From assembly GCA_046497275.1 (NCBI GenBank), contig JAWOFX010000050.1:1-32000 (forward strand): a DNA stretch of 32,000 nt. Direction: 5' to 3'. Made by a program: the position numbers and the translations under genes. The notes under the pieces are model-generated. The model had not been told where the DNA came from. It saw nothing but the letters and a program-made list of their open reading frames with translations, and made no database searches. Source of the stretch: Promethearchaeia archaeon (lineage in GTDB: Archaea > Asgardarchaeota > Lokiarchaeia > Sigyniarchaeales > SOKP01). This document shows positions 26,313 through 32,000 of the stretch, in pieces (the stretch's first letter is position 1; each line of letters starts with the position of its first letter).

Positions 26313-27443
26313 TTATTTTACTACTGTAGGTCTATCTAATGAGGATAATCGTTCACAGCCGGTATCAGTAACTCGATAACAATCCTCAACCCCAACTAAT
26401 CCTTGCCCCCTAACATTTAACCATACTTCGATGTCTAACACCATGTTTTTTTCAAATGGAATGTCCATTGAAGACATTGGACTAAACATATGAGCTTCTT
26501 CACATTCTAATCCAATATGATGACCAGTTATTAAATAGAATCCTCTTTTAGTTAATTCTTTAAGATATTTCTGTGCATCATCTGCTAATACTTTCGGCAT
26601 CACGCCGGGCTTAATATTATCAACGCAAAAGTCTTGAACTTGGATCATATAGTCTAAGGCTTTCTTAGCTTTTTCAGGCTCTTCTCCTACAACAACTCCT
26701 CTACTCACATCTGAAATATATCCCTCCCATACTGCTCCAAAATCAAATCTAACAATATCATTTGGAGTTACGGGAATTCCTAATCCTGGAGCCTCAGGAT
26801 CTGAGGGACCTATATTCATAGTCAAATGATCCCATCCCCATGCGCCTTCATCCACAATTGTTTTTCGTGCTATTTTTAATAATTCTGTGTCCTTAATATT
26901 TAATTCAGTGGCATTAATACATGCTTGAATAGCCTTTTCGGCAACTTCAGTTGATTTTTTAATTCTCTTAATTTCCTCATCTGTTTTTATCAAACGCATA
27001 TCGAGAAACGCATCATCTGCGTCTATAATAGTCGAATCTGGGAAGTCTTTTCTTATAGTTTCTGATTGGTATCTTGGCATCAAAGATTCAACACCAATCT
27101 TTTTATTCTCCAAATCCCATTCTTTGATTTTGTTAGTCAGCATTTTAATAGCAGCCTCCATACTCCCAATCCGAAAAACTTCGCTTGGATCAATCCACGA
27201 AAACTCTTCGACACTATCATATAGTGACCAAATTATTGCGCTTTCTTCTCCATCTGCTTTAATCATTGATAAAAAAGGGTATTGGTTTTTTAATACGTAC
27301 AAGATGGGATTTGGTGCTACATGAGTAACTGGTAAACCAGTAGTATAAAACACATTAACGGGAGTCGAAGCGATAAGGAGATCTAAGCCATGTTTTTCAA
27401 GAGCTTCTTTTGCTTTATCTTTTCTATATCCTATGGGTTCCAT
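26313..27443 (-). CDS. M24 (Xaa-Pro) metallopeptidase with creatinase-like N-terminal domain
   Basis: Metal ligands D (FDFG), D (ISDVSR), H (GHHIG), E (DIEV) and E (VED) are all present. ATG 27443 lies 5 nt after GGTGA. Confidence 0.85.
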   Translation of the reverse strand: MEPIGYRKDKAKEALEKHGLDLLIASTPVNVFYTTGLPVTHVAPNPILYVLKNQYPFLSMIKADGEESAIIWSLYDSVEEFSWIDPSEVFRIGSMEAAIKMLTNKIKEWDLENKKIGVESLMPRYQSETIRKDFPDSTIIDADDAFLDMRLIKTDEEIKRIKKSTEVAEKAIQACINATELNIKDTELLKIARKTIVDEGAWGWDHLTMNIGPSDPEAPGLGIPVTPNDIVRFDFGAVWEGYISDVSRGVVVGEEPEKAKKALDYMIQVQDFCVDNIKPGVMPKVLADDAQKYLKELTKRGFYLITGHHIGLECEEAHMFSPMSSMDIPFEKNMVLDIEVWLNVRGQGLVGVEDCYRVTDTGCERLSSLDRPTVVK

Positions 27444-27448
27444 TTTTT

Positions 27449-27453
27449 TCACC
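27449..27453 (-). promoter_or_regulatory. Ribosome-binding site GGTGA
   Basis: GGTGA, 5-nt spacer, ATG at 27443. The ORF-track GTG at 27452 lies inside this site. Confidence 0.65.
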
Positions 27454-27607
27454 TTTTTTTAAAAAAATTCTATGCTATCATACATTAAAATTAGTAATTA
27501 ATTGAATGTTATTTAAAATACAATTTAAAATTTTAATTTACTTTTCTTTTTCTTTTCCTTTTTAGGGTTTAATAAAATTTATTTGTTTTTAAGCCTAATG
27601 GTAAATT

Positions 27608-28732
27608 ATGGAATATATTAAGTATGGTATAGCTGGTTTGGGTGGAGCTTGGATGTTTCATAGTGCAGGTGCGAGATATAATGATAAAATAAAATTTATC
27701 TCCGCATTTGATATAGACGAACGAAAACTCAAAAAAGCTTCAAGAATCTATAACATAGAATATTATATGGATTATGATGAATTCCTGAAAAGTGATATAG
27801 ATGCTGTTTTGATAATGGTCCCTCATTTTCTACATGAAGAATTCGTTATAAGAGCCGCGAAAGCGGGAAAACATGTGCTCTGCGAAAAACCGATGGCAAG
27901 AACTTTAGAGGAATGCGATAACATGATAAATACAACTGAAAATGCTGGTGTAAAATTCATGATTGCAGAAAATCATCGATTTCTGCCCGCTCACAAATAT
28001 ATCGCAAATGCGGTACGACAAGGATTACTAGGAGATATATTTTTAATTCGAGCATATGAAGGAGTAAATGAAATACCAGGTTTAATGGATCCCGATTTAT
28101 GGAAAGGGGATCCTATAAAAGCAGGAGGAGGTTCTCTTATGGATATGGGAGTACATAAATTTGCGACAATTCAGTGGATATTGAGCGATAACGTGGATTC
28201 TGCTTATAGCTGGATAACTAAACAATGCACTACCCTTGAAGCAAAGGCTGAAGATAATGCGATGGTTTATCTGAAATATAAGAAGGGAACTATAGTAGAC
28301 ATAGTTCTTAGTTTCACTGTGATATCTCCTCCAACAAACTCTTTGGAAGTATATGGAACAAAGGGAACAATCATAGAAAATCATATGTGGGAAAATCCAG
28401 TTCAAATTAATTCTACTCATGAGGCAATGGGAAAAAATAAAGGCATTTGGTTTGAACCAAAAATCGAGCATGAGCCTTTTCCTAAATATTATGAAATTTC
28501 ATCCCGTATAGAAGACACATACTTTACTGATTGCATTTTAAACGATAAAAAACCTGAGTTTACTCCAGAACAAGCAAGACAAGCCGTTGCAACCGTACTT
28601 TTAGCTTATTTATCTGCTATAAAAAACAGAACAGTTTCATATAGAGAATTGATGGAAATATATAAAACAGAAGGTACTAAAACTATTTTAAATGGAATTA
28701 ACAATGTTATTCAAAACAATTGCCCAGAATAA
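27608..28732 (+). CDS. Gfo/Idh/MocA family oxidoreductase
   Basis: GIAGLG, PHFLH, AGKHVLCEKP and GGSLMDMGVH motifs. Confidence 0.9.
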   Translation: MEYIKYGIAGLGGAWMFHSAGARYNDKIKFISAFDIDERKLKKASRIYNIEYYMDYDEFLKSDIDAVLIMVPHFLHEEFVIRAAKAGKHVLCEKPMARTLEECDNMINTTENAGVKFMIAENHRFLPAHKYIANAVRQGLLGDIFLIRAYEGVNEIPGLMDPDLWKGDPIKAGGGSLMDMGVHKFATIQWILSDNVDSAYSWITKQCTTLEAKAEDNAMVYLKYKKGTIVDIVLSFTVISPPTNSLEVYGTKGTIIENHMWENPVQINSTHEAMGKNKGIWFEPKIEHEPFPKYYEISSRIEDTYFTDCILNDKKPEFTPEQARQAVATVLLAYLSAIKNRTVSYRELMEIYKTEGTKTILNGINNVIQNNCPE

Positions 28733-28831
28733 CATTTTTGGCTATAAGAGACTGATTTTCACCCTTAAATAATTTCTAAGATTCTAATTCTAATCTTTAG
28801 CAAGGGGTCGTGAAAAAAAGAAAAAATTTTA

Positions 28832-29797
28832 TTATATAATTAAATTAAGTGGAAAGTATAATAAAATTGCTAAAATAGCTGCCATTGGAAAAGTGAGGAT
28901 CCAAATAGTTACAATCCTCCATAAACCCCCTTTTTGAGGCGCTCTTCTTGCTTTCGCTAAACCAATAAGAGATGCAACTAACATATGAGATCCTGAAAGA
29001 GGAATCCCTAAGAATGTTCCAACGAAAAGGATAACAGCCGTGGGAACTTGACTCGCAAATGCAGAACTTGGAACTAGTTCTGTAATATTACCTACACTTT
29101 TTATGACTCTTCTGCCTAGAACAACAATCCCAATCGAAAAGCTTACTCCTGCTATAATTAAAACGAAATCTACATTGATTAATAAACCAACTACTATACC
29201 TGCGGCGTTTGATACATCATTTCCCGCTCTCGAAAACGCTGTAAGGCAGATAACCCCTAGCAATATATATGAAAATATCTTTTCTGTTCTTTCAAAATCT
29301 TTAAAACCATCTAATTTACTGATAACACTCTTATGGATCAACTTATAAACAATATAAGTTGCCACGAAACCTATAATAGGGGATAATAGCCACCAGAAAC
29401 TCATTTCTAAAATCGTTATCCAGTTTACACCGCCAAATCCACCTATTAATATTCCAACACCCATAATACTTCCAATTGTTGAATGCGTAGTAGAAATTGG
29501 AGCTCCTAAAGCGGAGGAAACTATTAACCAAATAGAAGTAGATATCAATATAGTAAGAACAATTGAATAAGAAACTTCAAAAGTTAGTAAATCTTTGCCG
29601 ACTGTTTCGCTCACACCTCTTCCTAATATAAATGCTCCTGCTATTGCTAAGATGCTGCCAAGTATTAGTAATTCCTTCATTGTAAGTGTTCTGGAGCCAT
29701 GAATTGTTGCAAATGTTTCATCATTTGCACCTATCGCAAATGAGATAAATATAGAGATAATAATGAAAACAGCGATAATTGGGACGCTAATAGCCAT
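28832..29797 (-). CDS. pit: Inorganic phosphate transporter, PiT family
   Basis: GAND and GNDVSN signatures; PISTTHS and PLSGSH repeats. Confidence 0.9.
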   Translation of the reverse strand: MAISVPIIAVFIIISIFISFAIGANDETFATIHGSRTLTMKELLILGSILAIAGAFILGRGVSETVGKDLLTFEVSYSIVLTILISTSIWLIVSSALGAPISTTHSTIGSIMGVGILIGGFGGVNWITILEMSFWWLLSPIIGFVATYIVYKLIHKSVISKLDGFKDFERTEKIFSYILLGVICLTAFSRAGNDVSNAAGIVVGLLINVDFVLIIAGVSFSIGIVVLGRRVIKSVGNITELVPSSAFASQVPTAVILFVGTFLGIPLSGSHMLVASLIGLAKARRAPQKGGLWRIVTIWILTFPMAAILAILLYFPLNLII

Positions 29798-29814
29798 AAT
29801 ATAATCATCTCCAA

Positions 29815-30453
29815 TTATCTAGTAGGATATTTTATTATCAGGCCCCTAAGATAATCAGCAATATCTTCTATCCAAGCAATAACATCATAAATATTATTGA
29901 CTAATTTCGAAGTTAATAGAACTCTGGTTGGCTCCTCGGTTTTTTTATAAATATTTCCGAGTAAACTGTATCTTAAATCTCTCGCATCTCTCCTAATTCT
30001 TTCTATTTCTAAAGTTTTATCAAACGCTCCATCGAAATCTGTTTCCATTAACTCTAAGGTCTCTGTAAGATGATTGATTAAAATATAACATGTATCACAC
30101 ATTATTTCAAAATCTTCTGAGATATCTTCGTAAAGATCAAAAGGATAAATCTTTAAAAACCGCGAAATAAATTCCATTTTGCCTAATGCTTCGTCAACTA
30201 ATGTAATTATTTTATATCGATCCTCCACTAAAAATGGAAGCGCTCTTTTATCTTGAAATAACACTTTAATATAACTTTCTTTAATACGATCACATTTATG
30301 TTCGGCATCAATTACTCCATCTAATTTACTTTTATCTAACTTTTCATTTATAAAATCTTTCATAAGATTATTTAATAATTCTGCTCCTTTCAAAAACTCA
30401 TCACGATATTCAGCAAATATTTCATCTATACTTTTTTCATCTTTATTTTTCAT
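29815..30453 (-). CDS. DUF47/PhoU-like phosphate transport regulator
   Basis: EHKCD, ALPF..EDR and ED.AD motifs; 17 nt upstream of pit, the usual gene pairing. Confidence 0.85.
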   Translation of the reverse strand: MKNKDEKSIDEIFAEYRDEFLKGAELLNNLMKDFINEKLDKSKLDGVIDAEHKCDRIKESYIKVLFQDKRALPFLVEDRYKIITLVDEALGKMEFISRFLKIYPFDLYEDISEDFEIMCDTCYILINHLTETLELMETDFDGAFDKTLEIERIRRDARDLRYSLLGNIYKKTEEPTRVLLTSKLVNNIYDVIAWIEDIADYLRGLIIKYPTR

Positions 30454-30601
30454 TTTAAAGTCCTTTTTTTTACTAAATAAATATATAGAGATATATATTC
30501 TACTTTTAAAAAGATTTTGTTACAATTCTGCTGAATTTAATTATACCCTACAAAGCGTAAAAGTATCAGAGGAATAGAAGCTGTGGCTTAGATAAACATA
30601 T

Positions 30602-31747
30602 TCACGGATATCCTAATGATAAATAAGTAGGTATAAAAATCGGTTTTCTTATTTTCATAGAATTATTCTTTTTTTCCAAAATTTTAATCATAAATACACT
30701 CCCTTTTAGTTTCAGAAAACCTAGTTTGGAAAAACCCCTACTTAGAAAGTGATCCTTAATGTCTCCATAATATAGTAAAATTCCTAAGTTTCGAGATATC
30801 GCAGCCTTCATGATTTTATCAATTAAATACGATAAGGTTAAACTTCCTAATTTTTTATTCGAAATAATTTCTCGAGACAAAAATATTTCATGAATTATAC
30901 CAATTTTGAGCTTAAAATTGAATTTTGAAATATATACGTACTCATGAGTTATAGTTGCTCCACCTATTATCTTTTTTCTCTTTTTAACAAATATATAACT
31001 TGGGATTTCCCTTTTATATGGGACATTAATTCTTGCCCAATTTAATTTATGTTTCGAATATTTAGAAAAGAACTCATAAGATTTTGGCATTAATGAGTTT
31101 AGTTCTTTTTTATATTGATGATGTTTTTTACCATGAGTAATCTCAAAATTAAAATCTCTAAAGAAAGGATTAAACTTAACATTAAAATTTAAAATAATTC
31201 TGGGTATAAATGAAATTAATGCGATAAGTGGAGCAAATGGCAATAGGAAAATGACATTTTTGAGGAGATTAAGAAGGTGTGGAAAATTAATATAGATTTT
31301 CAAATTAGTAAAATCCTGAAAGCCTTTTTTTAGATATATTTTATTTCTAGCAATACTATCTGATCCAGTTATTAGGAAAGCTAACTCACATCCTTTTTGT
31401 TCCATATACTCGATTGCCTTTTTCATTAGATTGGTAGCAATTCCTCTTTTAGTATAATCTGGGTGGCATGAAATATCATTAATATTTCCAACAAGATATT
31501 CTTTCCCTTTTATCAGAATTTTTTCGACTGGATTTACATATACAGCTCCCACAATCTTTTTCTTTACCTTATCTTCTGCTATTTGAACCATTTCAGGTTC
31601 AAACTGAGGTGAATCCATATATCTCCAAGTAAGAGATCTTTGAGTTCGAATAAGGCTTTTTCCGTTCATTTGGAAAGCTTTCATGAATAAAACAGTCAAT
31701 TGATATTCATCTCCTCTCTGATAATGCCTATATATGATATTCCTCAT
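30602..31747 (-). CDS. GNAT family N-acetyltransferase (two GNAT-like lobes)
   Basis: VGNINDISCHPDYTKRGIATNLM motif A; YLKKGF. Confidence 0.85.
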   Translation of the reverse strand: MRNIIYRHYQRGDEYQLTVLFMKAFQMNGKSLIRTQRSLTWRYMDSPQFEPEMVQIAEDKVKKKIVGAVYVNPVEKILIKGKEYLVGNINDISCHPDYTKRGIATNLMKKAIEYMEQKGCELAFLITGSDSIARNKIYLKKGFQDFTNLKIYINFPHLLNLLKNVIFLLPFAPLIALISFIPRIILNFNVKFNPFFRDFNFEITHGKKHHQYKKELNSLMPKSYEFFSKYSKHKLNWARINVPYKREIPSYIFVKKRKKIIGGATITHEYVYISKFNFKLKIGIIHEIFLSREIISNKKLGSLTLSYLIDKIMKAAISRNLGILLYYGDIKDHFLSRGFSKLGFLKLKGSVFMIKILEKKNNSMKIRKPIFIPTYLSLGYP

Positions 31748-31842
31748 TTATCTCAAATCTTTATTACGATTGAAATATTAAAATTTTTATACTTATAACT
31801 ATATTTAGAATATTAAATAATAAATTAAGCGAACTGAGATAG

Positions 31843-32000
31843 ATGAGTGATAATATAACTTCGGTATTAGATTCATTAAAAGCTATAAAAGGAGTGCATG
31901 GAGCAGCACTGATTGAAAAATTTGGTCTCATAAAAGGTAGTGCCTTACCCGGCTGGGTTGACCCCGAAGCAGTCGCCGCAATGGTGACGCTTATTCTAAA
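31843..32000 (+). CDS. Roadblock/LC7 (MglB-like) domain protein, partial at the window edge
   Basis: Not in the ORF track. My translation: MSDNITSVLDSLKAIKGVHGAALIEKFGLIKGSALPGWVDPEAVAAMVTLIL, matching the roadblock pattern (L..L..I.GV.ga.l....Gl.....lp...d.e.vaAm). Confidence 0.8.
   Translation, partial: MSDNITSVLDSLKAIKGVHGAALIEKFGLIKGSALPGWVDPEAVAAMVTLIL

Noticed and set aside
26313-27443. M24 protein as a metal-free creatinase or ectoine hydrolase
   Set aside because: All five metal ligands are present, which fits a metallopeptidase.
3162-29531. Short ORF-track entries overlapping larger genes (e.g. 3162+, 4107+, 5683+, 7701-, 8065-, 10392+, 11563-, 12382-, 12701-, 12927-, 14928+, 15255+, 16113+, 16404-, 18506-, 19114-, 20239+, 21837-, 22852-, 23165-, 26020+, 27124+, 28097-, 29103+, 29343-)
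   Set aside because: All but 12927- lie largely or wholly within well-supported genes, antisense or in another frame; 12927- partly overlaps one. None has a recognisable motif; they are shadow ORFs.
30481-30498. ATATATA-GAGA-TATATAT hairpin upstream of the DUF47 gene
   Set aside because: AT-only 7-bp stem, expected by chance at this composition.
1-32000. CRISPR array, IS elements, selenocysteine/pyrrolysine read-through
   Set aside because: No regularly spaced repeats or transposase motifs. I noticed no gene split by an in-frame TGA/TAG at a conserved position.

Overview
Very AT-rich, gene-dense archaeal chromosomal DNA, most likely Asgard (Lokiarchaeota-like). That assignment is an inference from a tRNA with a bulge-helix-bulge (BHB) intron, GGTGA ribosome-binding sites, a Roadblock/LC7 gene, PCI-like repeats and many beta-oxidation paralogues. 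I find about 34 CDSs, including two partial genes missing from the ORF track (an ATP-cone protein at the left edge, Roadblock/LC7 at the right edge), and one tRNA-Gln(CUG) with a 27-nt intron in the D-loop. No CRISPR array, transposase or integrase is visible. Most interesting: (1) a 787-aa protein that appears to join a Cys/His zinc cluster, five UFL1/DDRGK1/PCI-like winged-helix repeats and a COPI/adaptin/BBSome-like appendage; (2) a putative catabolic cluster built around a divergent beta-keto-acid cleavage enzyme, a BDH2-like SDR and KdgK; (3) a BadI/MenB-like hydrolase among beta-oxidation genes; (4) a corA whose conserved N-terminus can only be translated from an ATT start or via a frameshift. 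All family assignments come from motif recognition by eye; no database searches were run.
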